Positions 18,499-28,558 of a stretch of 64,000 bases of DNA are shown here, in pieces (within the stretch, counting starts at the first letter, position 1; each line of letters starts with the position of its first letter). Position numbers and translations under genes: made by a program. The stretch lies in NCBI GenBank assembly GCA_963643715.1, contig CAVILQ010000005.1, positions 6,518 through 70,517 of the forward strand, written 5' to 3'. The stretch comes from a bacterium. GTDB lineage: Bacteria; Bacillota_I; Bacilli_A; RFN20; CAG-288. The notes beneath the pieces are model-generated. The model was not told the origin of the DNA. It made no database searches and saw only the letters and a list, made by a program, of their open reading frames with translations.

Positions 18499-18501
18499 AG
18501 T

Positions 18502-19488
18502 TTATTTTTTCTTTCTGATTTCCTTTGTCAGCAAAGAGATGACTTTGTCGACGGTGAGGTTATCGTTGATCGCATTGTAATTGATTTTAATTCTGTGTCT
18601 TAAGACAGGATAGGCAAGAGCATCGATATCATCATAGGAGACATTGTAGTTTCCGTGAATTAAAGCACGGATCTTTGCACCGGTGATAAGGGCCTGGCAA
18701 GCACGAGGAGAAGCACCATAACGGATATACTTCTTGGCTGTTTCGGCGCAGTCATCCAATTCGGAATGAGTGCTGTGGACAAGATCCATGGCATATTCGA
18801 GAACCTGGGGAATGCAAGGTACATCCTGAGCAAGTTTTCTCATATGGAGGATGGTCTCACCATCGACAACCTTTGTCGCGTTTTCATTCATATTTCCCTG
18901 TGTCATGTTGACGATGTCGCCGAGTTCTGTGACACTAGGATACTGCATGACGACCTTGAACATGAAACGGTCCATCTGAGCTTCTGGAAGAGGATAAGTA
19001 CCATCCTGTTCAATCGGGTTGTCGGTAGCTAAGACGAAGAATGGCTCTGCCATCGGGTAAGTGACACCAGAAACTGTGACCTTGTGCTCCTGCATAACCT
19101 CAAGCATAGCAGCCTGCGTTTTCGGAGTGGCACGGTTGATTTCGTCGGCTAAGATGATCTGTGCGAAGATAGGACCCTTCTGGAATGTTGTGACCAAATT
19201 TCCGTTTTCATCTTTACGGATGATGTTTGTACCAGTGACGTCATTCGGCATCAAATCCGGTGTGAACTGGATACGGGAGAAAGGAAGATTGAGTGTCTGA
19301 CCTAATGAACGGACAAGACGTGTCTTACCCGTTCCCGGGACACCTTCGAGAAGAACGTTACCGCCAGCGATGACGGCGATGACGACATTGTCGATGACTT
19401 CTTCCTGACCGACAATATCTTTGTGCAGCTCTTCTTTGATCTTTCTGACTGATTCACTGAATTCAGTGATTAATTCTTGATTTTCCAT
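18502..19488 (-). CDS. moxR: MoxR-family AAA+ ATPase
   Basis: It carries LLEGVPGTGKTRLVRSLGQTLNLPFSRIQFTPDLMPNDVTGTNI, which combines the Walker A motif with the MoxR RIQFTPDL signature. The Walker B motif is IILADEINRA. Confidence 0.85.
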   Translation of the reverse strand: MENQELITEFSESVRKIKEELHKDIVGQEEVIDNVVIAVIAGGNVLLEGVPGTGKTRLVRSLGQTLNLPFSRIQFTPDLMPNDVTGTNIIRKDENGNLVTTFQKGPIFAQIILADEINRATPKTQAAMLEVMQEHKVTVSGVTYPMAEPFFVLATDNPIEQDGTYPLPEAQMDRFMFKVVMQYPSVTELGDIVNMTQGNMNENATKVVDGETILHMRKLAQDVPCIPQVLEYAMDLVHSTHSELDDCAETAKKYIRYGASPRACQALITGAKIRALIHGNYNVSYDDIDALAYPVLRHRIKINYNAINDNLTVDKVISLLTKEIRKKK

Positions 19489-19509
19489 TGTTTTTAACCT
19501 TTCTTTTAT

Positions 19510-21231
19510 TTATGGATTGTTATCATCGGAATCATTTCCGTAAAGTGAGTTGAAGTAATCGTCTAAAAGATCACCCGTCTCATCATTACCATGTTCTTCA
19601 TTGTCGTTGACGGCATCGTTATGATATCCATCAATGACATCGCCGTATTCGGAATATCCGTTGTCATCGGTGTAGACCTTATCGTCGCTTCCGAAGTTGG
19701 TCTTACCGCTTCCGCCGGATGCACCATCTGAGCTTGAGGAGCCAGAGCCTTCGCTTTCACCTTTACCGGATCCGCCTCCGCTAGAGTCTCCATCGTTGCC
19801 TTCGCTGTTGCCTTTGCCGTCGCTATCTCCTTGGTCGCCATCGTCACCGTCACCACTGGAGTCGCCGCTATCATTTTTATCCGAACTATCTTTGTCTCCG
19901 CTATCACCATCACCGTCTCCGTCACTCTTATCTCCGTTGTTTCCTTCACCGCTATTGTTAGCGTTGTTTCCGCTTTGGCCTTCGCCATCGCTTCCAGAGG
20001 ATTTCTGATCGCCGCTATCGTCGTTTCCTCCACCGCTACTAGTAGGATTAATCAGTGATTCCATATAAGCTTTGACCTGTGCGGCAAGATCACTGTTTTC
20101 CTGTTGTGCCTGTAGGCAGGAATTGATTTCGGATATGGCGACTTCGATTGCAGTGATAGAGTCAGCTTTCGCCTGGTCTTCAGTGATTCCGTTTTCACTG
20201 TCACCGCTTAAGTATTTGCTGTATTGATTGTAGACAGAATTAAGACTTGTGCTTAGATTGTTCAATGCAATGTATAAGCCATCTTCCTTTTTGACGGGTG
20301 TTTCAGCCTCAAGTGATTGTTGAAGTGCGCTATTGATTGCATTCACAATGGCTTCGATATGGTCACATAAGCTATCTTTTGTATAGACAGAACGTGGACC
20401 GAAGTGTTTTTCTAACTGTTGGAGCACGGAAGTTACGCCGTCTTGGTCACCATTCTTAATCGCAGTACCTAATTTTACGAGAAGATCTATTTCGCTGTTT
20501 TCTAAGGCAGCACCGATTTCCTCTTTGGAATTGGCTCTGTCAAGAGCAGCATCAACCTTACCTTCCGCGACCAGTACTTTTTTCATACGGGAGAGAGGAT
20601 CGGTATCATCTTTCAGTTCGACTAAGAGATCCTCAAGAATCTGATTCAGTTCTGCTTTGAAAGCAGCACTGGCTTCCGAATTGTTGATGATTTCATGGAT
20701 TTCATCGATGATTTTTTCAGTCTCGTCATTGACCTTTCCTTTATCAGGCTTTTCATCTTTTTTAGTTTCTTTGATGACATTTGGAGTAAAGAAACTGGCT
20801 GTGAATAAACTAGCACCAAAGACAAGAGCAGGAATGTTGATCATAGCAAGCTTGACAGGAAGTTTTTTGACATCTTTCCTGGAAAGCTGTTCTTTGGCAT
20901 CTTCTCTTTGTTTCTCATAGAGCAGACCCGTTTTGTCTTGGAAGGCGACCATGCTAGTCACTTTTTCCTGCATCTTGAAGTCTTTGTCGATTCTTTCTGC
21001 AATCTTCTCATCGTTTGGCTTCTTCAAGAATGCCAATAAAATGAATGAGCCGATCATGATTACAGCACCGATGATGATGCTGATGTAGTAAGGGAAGTTA
21101 ACTCCGAACATGTTGGTAAACAGAATGATCAAGCCGGCTACTACAAGACCGACAGCTAAAGAGAACATTGATATTTTCAAATAGAATTCTCGAATCAGTT
21201 TGGCTTTGCATTTTTTAAAATTTTCATCCAT
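19510..21231 (-). CDS. two-TM membrane protein with a coiled-coil ectodomain and a roughly 170-aa polyanionic D/G/S/N-rich C-terminal tail. It is the first gene of the MoxR operon. The ORF-track start at 21354 is probably too far upstream.
   Basis: An RBS GGAGGA sits 10 nt before the ATG at 21231 (MDENFKK...). Two TM helices are present. The tail sequence reads GDGDGDSGDKDSSDKNDSGDSSGDGDDGDQGDSDG.... Confidence 0.6.
   Translation of the reverse strand: MDENFKKCKAKLIREFYLKISMFSLAVGLVVAGLIILFTNMFGVNFPYYISIIIGAVIMIGSFILLAFLKKPNDEKIAERIDKDFKMQEKVTSMVAFQDKTGLLYEKQREDAKEQLSRKDVKKLPVKLAMINIPALVFGASLFTASFFTPNVIKETKKDEKPDKGKVNDETEKIIDEIHEIINNSEASAAFKAELNQILEDLLVELKDDTDPLSRMKKVLVAEGKVDAALDRANSKEEIGAALENSEIDLLVKLGTAIKNGDQDGVTSVLQQLEKHFGPRSVYTKDSLCDHIEAIVNAINSALQQSLEAETPVKKEDGLYIALNNLSTSLNSVYNQYSKYLSGDSENGITEDQAKADSITAIEVAISEINSCLQAQQENSDLAAQVKAYMESLINPTSSGGGNDDSGDQKSSGSDGEGQSGNNANNSGEGNNGDKSDGDGDGDSGDKDSSDKNDSGDSSGDGDDGDQGDSDGKGNSEGNDGDSSGGGSGKGESEGSGSSSSDGASGGSGKTNFGSDDKVYTDDNGYSEYGDVIDGYHNDAVNDNEEHGNDETGDLLDDYFNSLYGNDSDDNNP
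19560..20060 (-). repeat. low-complexity coding repeat (GDG/SGD codon repeats) that encodes the polyanionic tail
   Basis: Repetitive GAT/GGT/AGC-type codons occur here. Spurious ORFs appear on both strands over this stretch. Confidence 0.5.
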
Positions 21232-21811
21232 ACGCAAGGTCCTCCTATGTTTGTCGATAAGAGATGAATGGTGGGAAAGCGAAAACGAACGATAAAAATT
21301 ATAAGGTGCCGAACACTGAATTAAGAAAAACGGCAAAATCGGGAAAATAGACAAAACAACAATGTTTTTCTTAAAAAACGCTTAAAAATTAGTGAAAATA
21401 GGACACAAAACATTAGAGCGAACAAATGTAATCGGTTACATTTTTGAGTGCTATCCGCATATGAATGGTTATCTGATTTTGGATGTTGAAAAACTTTTAA
21501 GGTTGTTTTAAGAAAAAATGATGCATATATTATGATTTTTAACTAAAACAAGCCTAAAACAGCAAAAAAATATAGAAGGATGAAACAAATCAATCTACTT
21601 GGTTAACCGCTTACATTTAAGGCTGAGAAAAGTTTGATGGGGTCGAAAAAAGAAACAAAATGAACATTTGACCATTTATATAACAAGGATATAGGTGTCT
21701 GATTCTCTATCTCTGAGCGTGAATCGATTCTGTTTTGAAAATTTAAGAAAGAAATTGTCTGACATAGCTCTTACTTTATAATCTCTTTTGTTTTTGGAGG
21801 ATTTAATAAAC

Positions 21812-24800
21812 ATGAAAAATGTAAAGAAATCAGTCTTGCTTTCTCTCATTTCCTTGGCGTTGATCTCCTGTGGTGGTACAGAATCTTCAACTGTTGCCCC
21901 AAGTTCAGGAACATCAGCCACGTCAGAGAAAATTCCGGCTTCAGATACGGGAAGACCTTCAGAATCTTCTTCACCTGTTTCAGATGGCGATGTCTCTTCG
22001 GATTCTTCTGCTAAACCGAGTCCTGATAGCGACACTGGAACAGATGATGTTGATGAGGATGCCTGGGGTGAAGACATCAGTGCCTTGATGATCAAACATC
22101 TTGGTGGAAATGTTCTCCCTTATGTTTCCTTAGGCAGAACTGTTGATGGCACATGGAAGAGAAGCATCGGTGACTATGGTATTCTTACCATTGTCGGCGG
22201 TAAATTCGATAAGAAATATCTTGATGATGCTGAAGCTGCCTTTAAGGCAAAAGATTGGACAACCGATAAGACAGCAACAACTTTCACCGGTACATCTAGC
22301 GAGAAACACATCAAGGTAGAGCTTACCAGTGATGAGTATGGCTATAGCAAAATGACAGCGGTTTATGATGAACCATTTGATGCTACAAGTGTGGATAGCT
22401 GGGACAGTGACACTGTTGCTGCCATGCAGACAAACTTAGGAGGTCACGTACTTCCATTCGTATATTTAGGAATGGCTGCACCTGCTACAGAATGGACCAA
22501 TTCGACAAAGACATTCTCTATCGATGGCGGAAAATGGGATGACAGTGTTCTTGATCTTGCTTATGCTTCTTTGACTGCTGGCAACTTTGTCAATGTCAAG
22601 AAGTCATCGGAAGTCTATGGCACGGTTGTCAGTGGTGAACTCACCTTTGACGATGGCTGCAAAGTATCCGTTTCACTTTATAAATCTGGTTCTGATACTG
22701 CTCCTTTCCCACATCTTTCTGTCTTCTATAAGGAAGCCTACAATCCTGTTGATGGAGCAACATGGCCTTCTTCTATTTCCTCTCGTTTCCAGACTAGCTT
22801 CGATAATCATGAACTTCCTTATGTCTATCTAGGAAGTAATACTCTTTCCTCTGATTGGAACCCGACAGTCAATAAGCTCACTATCACTGGCGGGGCCTTT
22901 GATTCCCGTATTTTTGAAGCGGCTAAGACAACTCTTTCTGCTCAGGGATATGCTTGCATCGAGGAAAAGGATTCCAGTGGAAACCAGAAGTCATTGATTG
23001 CCTCACAGACTCTATCTGATGGTTGCACCATGGTCGCTGTCTTGTTCGGCAATTCCACTTTGGCAAGACTCGATGTCTACTATTACACTCCTCTCAATGT
23101 TCCTGCCGATTGCACCTCTTTCAGTGACGATGATGCTGTCAAAGCAAAGATGGATAAATACTTGGATGGACATAGCGGAGATGTTCCGTTTGTCTATTTA
23201 GGAACAGATACCCTGGATGTCTCCTATGATACCTATTCTGAATCTCTCCAGATTGTTGGCGACAAGTTCAATGGCATCATGATCGATCGAGCCAAGAAAG
23301 CATTCGAAGATGCTGGATATGGCATTGCTATCGGTAGTGAAGACTCTTATGGAAGAACTTTCTATGCCAGCAAGAAGTTATCCGACGGCTGTGTCATCAC
23401 AGCTAGAATGGATTCTAGCTATGGAAGCAAGTCCGCTATCCTTACACTCTCCTGTGTCGAAGGATTCAATCCTCCGGAAGAAGGCAGTGCAGAAGCAGAA
23501 TGGAGTGCAACGATTCAGGAAGCGATGGAAGTCGAACTTGGCGGAAATGTCATTCCTTATATCTATCTTGGCACAAAGTCTGTCACGCTGAAGCAGGGCT
23601 CTAGCAGTGTTGAACTCACTGGCGGTTCTTGGGATGATAGTATTCTCACTTCCGCAAAGACTGCTTTAGAGACGATGGAAGACTTCACTTGGACATTCAA
23701 AGATGGTATTAGCCGAATCGATGGGGAAGCATCGGATGAAGATGGAAACAAACTCACTGTTGCTCTCTATAAGAATTCTAAGAATAAGCCGGTTCTCAAG
23801 ATCACTTATCTCAAGGCCTTCGTTGTTCCGGAAGATGGAGCATGGACAGATGAAATCAAAGAGACAATGACGACGAACTTCGGTGAAGTCTTGCCTTACG
23901 TTTATCTTGCCGCTTCTGATGATGAACTCTCCGCAGGTGACTTCTATTCTGGTGAATTGGAAATCTCTGGTGGAACCTGGGATGACCAGATTTACGATTT
24001 GGCAGAGACTGCTTTGACAGAAGCCGGATACACAATCAGCAATGGCATCAGTCAGAACGATGGCATCGATATGGTTACCGCCTATAAGTCTGTTGACGGA
24101 AAACTGATTCGTATTGCAGTCTATAACTACGATGATGTCGCAACCTATAAAGCATGCTTTACCGATGCTGCTACGTATCCTAGTGATGCAACAGCCTGGA
24201 GTAGTGCGATTCAGGACCAGATGACTAGCTATATGGGTGCTGATCACACCATTCCTTACTTCTATACAGGTGATAATACCCCTTCTGTTTCTTTGAAAAA
24301 TTATTCTGCTATCGGTAAAAAGTATTTACAGGTCTCTTCTCTTAGAAACTGGAATGAAAACTATACGCTTAACGCTAATAATGTTCTGAAAGCGGCTGGA
24401 TGGACTACGACATACTATGCAATCACTGATGCAAACTACGCTGGCGGAAAACTCGTTGCCAAATATACCTATTCCGATGGTGCTAGTGTCATATTGACAA
24501 TCAAGTATGGATATTCCTATGACACGATGTATATCGCCTATCAGGATCCATTCACACCGAGCGATGAAACGACTTGGTCTCCAACTGCCACGAACATCAT
24601 GGAAACGAACTTCAACGGACATATGCTTCCTTACTTCTATATGGGTACGGATTCTCCGGATGTTTCATTTGACAGATCCTATCATTGCATGACTATGGTC
24701 GGCGGTGTCTGGGACGAAGACATCTACACTCTTGCCGAGACGGCATTGAAGGCAGATACTGACCTGAAGTGGACGGTTGTCTATGATTATTCCTATAATG

Positions 24801-24946
24801 ATTCCACGGAAGGAAAGACATTGGTTGCAGTTGCTGATGAAAAGGATACAGGTAAGCACTTCACTTTGAAACTATACTGCCAAACTTCTGGTACGAGAAA
24901 CGGATATGGTGTTCAGGCACCTGTCATGGAAGTCTACTACAACTAA
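21812..24946 (+). CDS. large repeat-containing lipoprotein (paralog A). It has eight tandem modules of about 125 aa. Start refined to 21812.
   Basis: RBS GGAGGA plus an ATG at 21812. A lipoprotein signal with lipobox LISCGG is present, followed by an S/T/D-rich linker. Each module carries W-x10-LGGxVLPYVYLG ... ITGGxWDD ... DG. Confidence 0.7.
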   Translation: MKNVKKSVLLSLISLALISCGGTESSTVAPSSGTSATSEKIPASDTGRPSESSSPVSDGDVSSDSSAKPSPDSDTGTDDVDEDAWGEDISALMIKHLGGNVLPYVSLGRTVDGTWKRSIGDYGILTIVGGKFDKKYLDDAEAAFKAKDWTTDKTATTFTGTSSEKHIKVELTSDEYGYSKMTAVYDEPFDATSVDSWDSDTVAAMQTNLGGHVLPFVYLGMAAPATEWTNSTKTFSIDGGKWDDSVLDLAYASLTAGNFVNVKKSSEVYGTVVSGELTFDDGCKVSVSLYKSGSDTAPFPHLSVFYKEAYNPVDGATWPSSISSRFQTSFDNHELPYVYLGSNTLSSDWNPTVNKLTITGGAFDSRIFEAAKTTLSAQGYACIEEKDSSGNQKSLIASQTLSDGCTMVAVLFGNSTLARLDVYYYTPLNVPADCTSFSDDDAVKAKMDKYLDGHSGDVPFVYLGTDTLDVSYDTYSESLQIVGDKFNGIMIDRAKKAFEDAGYGIAIGSEDSYGRTFYASKKLSDGCVITARMDSSYGSKSAILTLSCVEGFNPPEEGSAEAEWSATIQEAMEVELGGNVIPYIYLGTKSVTLKQGSSSVELTGGSWDDSILTSAKTALETMEDFTWTFKDGISRIDGEASDEDGNKLTVALYKNSKNKPVLKITYLKAFVVPEDGAWTDEIKETMTTNFGEVLPYVYLAASDDELSAGDFYSGELEISGGTWDDQIYDLAETALTEAGYTISNGISQNDGIDMVTAYKSVDGKLIRIAVYNYDDVATYKACFTDAATYPSDATAWSSAIQDQMTSYMGADHTIPYFYTGDNTPSVSLKNYSAIGKKYLQVSSLRNWNENYTLNANNVLKAAGWTTTYYAITDANYAGGKLVAKYTYSDGASVILTIKYGYSYDTMYIAYQDPFTPSDETTWSPTATNIMETNFNGHMLPYFYMGTDSPDVSFDRSYHCMTMVGGVWDEDIYTLAETALKADTDLKWTVVYDYSYNDSTEGKTLVAVADEKDTGKHFTLKLYCQTSGTRNGYGVQAPVMEVYYN

Positions 24947-24954
24947 TCTTATAT

Positions 24955-24980
24955 AGGGCTCTCTTCGGAGGGCCCTTTTC
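24955..24980 (+). terminator. Rho-independent terminator
   Basis: The sequence AGGGCTCTC-TTCG-GAGGGCCCT is followed by TTTT. Confidence 0.65.
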
Positions 24981-25258
24981 TATGGCGACGATAAAAGCAC
25001 ATGCTTAAAGTAAACTTAAAACACTGAGAATGTGTATAACGAAAAATTGAAAGTACTGAAAAAAACAGTCAAACCAATCAAGCGCTTACAATCAGATATT
25101 TAATAATCGAAAATCATAGCAAATCACAAATATTCAATAATTTTTCATGAAAACTAATGGATTTTCTAATTATTCTGTTTATGCCTTTTTAATCTTGAAA
25201 TTGTCAATGGCTTTAAGGTTTATGAATAATATTGAAAGTTAGTTTAGGAGGTATAGAT

Positions 25259-28200
25259 ATGAAAAAGAATAAGATTATTCTTACCGCTTTAATGGCACTC
25301 GTACTTGGAGGCTGTGGAGCAAAGACAGACTCGGCAACGGAAAAACCAGTGGATTCTACTTCAAGTTCCACGGCTTCCCCAATCACAGAAACCTCACCTG
25401 TTACGGAAGCACCTGTTTCCAGTGATAAGGAAAGTGATTCTGGAATTGATTCCAGTAGTATTATGGATTCCTCAACGGAATCTTCATCCGATTCTGAATT
25501 GGATGAGGAATGGGGCGATGAGATTGTTGCCATGATGGTTGAACATCTTGGCGGACAGACTCTTCCTTATTTCAACATGGGTAGGGCTTTAGATGGAAAA
25601 TGGGATTCGAATAAGAGCAATGTCATTATTTATGGATCAATCAGTCTTAACAATAAGAAACTGCTTGAAGTCAAAGAATTGTATGAAGAAAAAGGTTGGC
25701 TAGCAACCGAAGTGACTGCGGATAGTACGACTATGACAGTCAGCAATGAGGAAAAGCATCTTTCAGCTGTATTATCGGAAGATAAGTATGGATATGCACT
25801 TTTCACCATTACATATGATGAACCGTTTGATGCATCCACTTCTGCTGGTGAATGGAATGATACGGTAAAAGATACCTTTACCCAATATCTGGATGGCCAT
25901 ATTCTTCCTTATGTCTATTTAGGAACGGATAACAACCTGTATCTTTCCTGGATATCTGGTTCAAAGACATTGACAATCCGCGGAAAGAAGTGGGATGATT
26001 CCGTTATCGATGCTGCTAAAACGGCATTCGATGGCTATGACCTTACTTCGACAACAACGGATACCTATGGACGTACACACTGTGTCTTTGAGAAGGTGTT
26101 TACAGATGGCTGCAAAGTCTCTGTCGCTGTCCACCCAACTAGTAGCAAAGACGACCCGATTTGTAACTATATTGTCACCTATTCTGAAGTCTTTGATGCC
26201 TCCACTGTCACAGACTGGAAACAGGATGTGAAGACTGATCTTGCAACTCTAGACAATCATGAGCTTCCCTATATCTATTTAGGTACAAAGACACCGACAA
26301 GCAAAGTGACAACCGATACGGTCACGATTACGGGTGGTTCTTATAACGTTGACGTTTTCGCTTCTGCTAAGTCTCAGTTTGAAAAGGCAGGTTGGGAAAA
26401 CTATAGCGGAGGCTGCTCCTATGGTGATGCCGTCTATGCCCTTAAAACATTTGATGATGGCTGCACAATCTGCGCCACTGTAAAGCCTTCAGGTACGACT
26501 ACCTATTCCTCTACAACAAACAACCTTGTCTTCACTAGATGGAGTAAATTGGATGTTCCAACCGATGTCACAGCATGGGATGAGAATATCAGCGCATTGA
26601 TGATTGCTGATTTAGGTGGACATACCATACCATTCAGTTACATCGGCTCCACAGTAACCGGAAAATATGCGACCGGTACTAGAACTCTTACATTGACTGG
26701 CGATAAATACAATCCGACGATGCTTTCTGATTTCAAAACTGTATTGGATGCGGATGGATGGACTGCTACATATTCAACGGATAATTATGGAAGAACAATG
26801 ACGGCGACAAAGGAATTCACTGAGGGAACAGCAGGAACTCTTACACTTCAGTTCAGCTCTGCCTCTTCTTTCTCTTCGAAATTCACAATCAATGCTTCCT
26901 TCCGTGAAAAGTATGATGCACCGGCAGATGGAAGCTGGCCTGAGACAGATCTTGCCGATATGACAGCTGCATTAGGCGGTCTTTCTGTACCATATTTCTA
27001 TATGGCCACTTCTTCTCCGACCTTTGTCACCAACGCAGATAATGGCACCGTTACTATCACCGGTGGTGATTGGAACGATCAGATCAAGGATCTCTTTATC
27101 GAAGCCTTGAGTAAGGATACCAATCTGACATGGAAATCCTTTGATACTGGTGATGTCACAGGAACTGTCGTTTATAAGGCAACGGCTGAAAATGGCGATC
27201 TTCTTATCGCTACCCTTTCTAAGACGAGTGCTAGTAAAGCGCAGTTGGCTCTTCGTTATAAGGCAGCTTATGATCCTACGATGATGACAGCCTGGGATGA
27301 TACGACTACTGCTGGTATCACATCTTCTCTTGGTGGTCACCAGGTTCCGTTTGTCTATCTAGGAAGTAAGGATGTCAAGACGACTGCTGCCACTGGAAAA
27401 TTGACTCTAGAGGCTAGAAACTATGCAACATTCAGCGATAAGATTCTTGCTGAGGCAAAGAAAGTGTTTGATGCTGATGGTTTCACAACTGTGACAGATA
27501 TCAACACATATGGTAATTGCTTACAGGGTATAAAGACATATGATGACGGCTATACCGTCCGCTTTGTTCTAGAAAAGGCAGGAACGGCGGATTATGCTGC
27601 CCCTAGAATCATCTTCTATCTCGATACTCCTCTTACTGATACAAAAGCGGATGACTATACATGGAACTTATCCACAGCAAATCAGACGAAGTTAGATGCT
27701 GTGTTAGGTAGTGTAAAAGCACCGGATATCTTCTTTGGAACTGGCGTATCAACAAGTGCTGCCAACTCTGTCTCTAATCCGAATAATTATGCTACTTTGA
27801 CCACAACATATTCTGCCAAAACAAGAGCGTTCAATAACAACTATGTCCTCAATGCAAAGACAGACCTTGAAAATCAGGGATTTTCCTGCAAAATCACCTA
27901 TGTCAAGAATGCTTATGGCTCTTGTGTCTATGCTGAGAAGGATGTCGGAAACAATAATGTGATGAAAATCTCCATTGCCCCTTCTGCTACCACATCTCTT
28001 AAGACCATAATCTCTGTTATGCCGAAATATGTTGCTACAGAAAAGACTTCCTGGAGCAGCACGATTACAGAGAAGATGAAAATGAACTTTGAAGGTTATG
28101 TGTTACCGTTCTTTGATTTAGGTGATGATACTCCGACTATGGCTTTTGGAAATAGCAGCGGATACTATAACATGAGTTTGAAGGGTTCCACTTATGATGC

Positions 28201-28453
28201 TGCTATCTTCGAATCTGCTGAAAAGGCATTGAAGGATGATACATCCTTCGGTGGTGCATGGACATATTCATACGAGTATAGTTTTGCCAGTAGCGAGAGC
28301 TCGATCTATTATGTATTCCCAACTATGTTGAAAACATTGACTGCATCTGCATATAATTCAACTACCGGAAGAACGATGTTGATCAAGGTTCAAGAACAAC
28401 TAACGGCCGACAAATTAAGCAAGTACATTCTCTTCACTGCACTCTACTATTAA
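25259..28453 (+). CDS. large repeat-containing lipoprotein (paralog B) with the same modular architecture
   Basis: RBS AGGAGG plus an ATG at 25259. The lipobox is LGGCGA. The repeated LGGxxLPYxYLG / TITGG-WDD / DG modules are present. Confidence 0.7.
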   Translation: MKKNKIILTALMALVLGGCGAKTDSATEKPVDSTSSSTASPITETSPVTEAPVSSDKESDSGIDSSSIMDSSTESSSDSELDEEWGDEIVAMMVEHLGGQTLPYFNMGRALDGKWDSNKSNVIIYGSISLNNKKLLEVKELYEEKGWLATEVTADSTTMTVSNEEKHLSAVLSEDKYGYALFTITYDEPFDASTSAGEWNDTVKDTFTQYLDGHILPYVYLGTDNNLYLSWISGSKTLTIRGKKWDDSVIDAAKTAFDGYDLTSTTTDTYGRTHCVFEKVFTDGCKVSVAVHPTSSKDDPICNYIVTYSEVFDASTVTDWKQDVKTDLATLDNHELPYIYLGTKTPTSKVTTDTVTITGGSYNVDVFASAKSQFEKAGWENYSGGCSYGDAVYALKTFDDGCTICATVKPSGTTTYSSTTNNLVFTRWSKLDVPTDVTAWDENISALMIADLGGHTIPFSYIGSTVTGKYATGTRTLTLTGDKYNPTMLSDFKTVLDADGWTATYSTDNYGRTMTATKEFTEGTAGTLTLQFSSASSFSSKFTINASFREKYDAPADGSWPETDLADMTAALGGLSVPYFYMATSSPTFVTNADNGTVTITGGDWNDQIKDLFIEALSKDTNLTWKSFDTGDVTGTVVYKATAENGDLLIATLSKTSASKAQLALRYKAAYDPTMMTAWDDTTTAGITSSLGGHQVPFVYLGSKDVKTTAATGKLTLEARNYATFSDKILAEAKKVFDADGFTTVTDINTYGNCLQGIKTYDDGYTVRFVLEKAGTADYAAPRIIFYLDTPLTDTKADDYTWNLSTANQTKLDAVLGSVKAPDIFFGTGVSTSAANSVSNPNNYATLTTTYSAKTRAFNNNYVLNAKTDLENQGFSCKITYVKNAYGSCVYAEKDVGNNNVMKISIAPSATTSLKTIISVMPKYVATEKTSWSSTITEKMKMNFEGYVLPFFDLGDDTPTMAFGNSSGYYNMSLKGSTYDAAIFESAEKALKDDTSFGGAWTYSYEYSFASSESSIYYVFPTMLKTLTASAYNSTTGRTMLIKVQEQLTADKLSKYILFTALYY

Positions 28454-28471
28454 GTCGCCAAATGATGTTTT

Positions 28472-28506
28472 AGACCTATTGGCTGTTTTGCTGATAGGTC
28501 TTTTTC
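28472..28506 (+). terminator. Rho-independent terminator
   Basis: AGACCTAT-loop-ATAGGTCT is followed by TTTT. Confidence 0.55.
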
Positions 28507-28558
28507 ATGCACATAAAAACACATTATAAAAAGCAAAGTCGTTTATCTTTTAGACTTT

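Noticed and set aside
19563-20058. ORFs on both strands (156, 103 and 75 aa) inside the acidic tail region
   Set aside because: They are artefacts of the GAT/GGT/AGC codon-repeat DNA that encodes the polyanionic tail of the 19510..21231 gene. Repetitive sequence is open in many frames.
21676-22095. 139-aa ORF antisense to the start of lipoprotein A
   Set aside because: It overlaps the S/T/D-rich linker-coding region. It comes from low-complexity DNA and is not a gene.
21812-28453. Periodic repeats of about 375 bp that might be mistaken for a repeat array or CRISPR
   Set aside because: The repeats are in-frame protein-domain repeats within two long ORFs. Each repeat is about 125 codons and the copies are diverged. 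There are no short direct repeats and spacers, and no cas genes.
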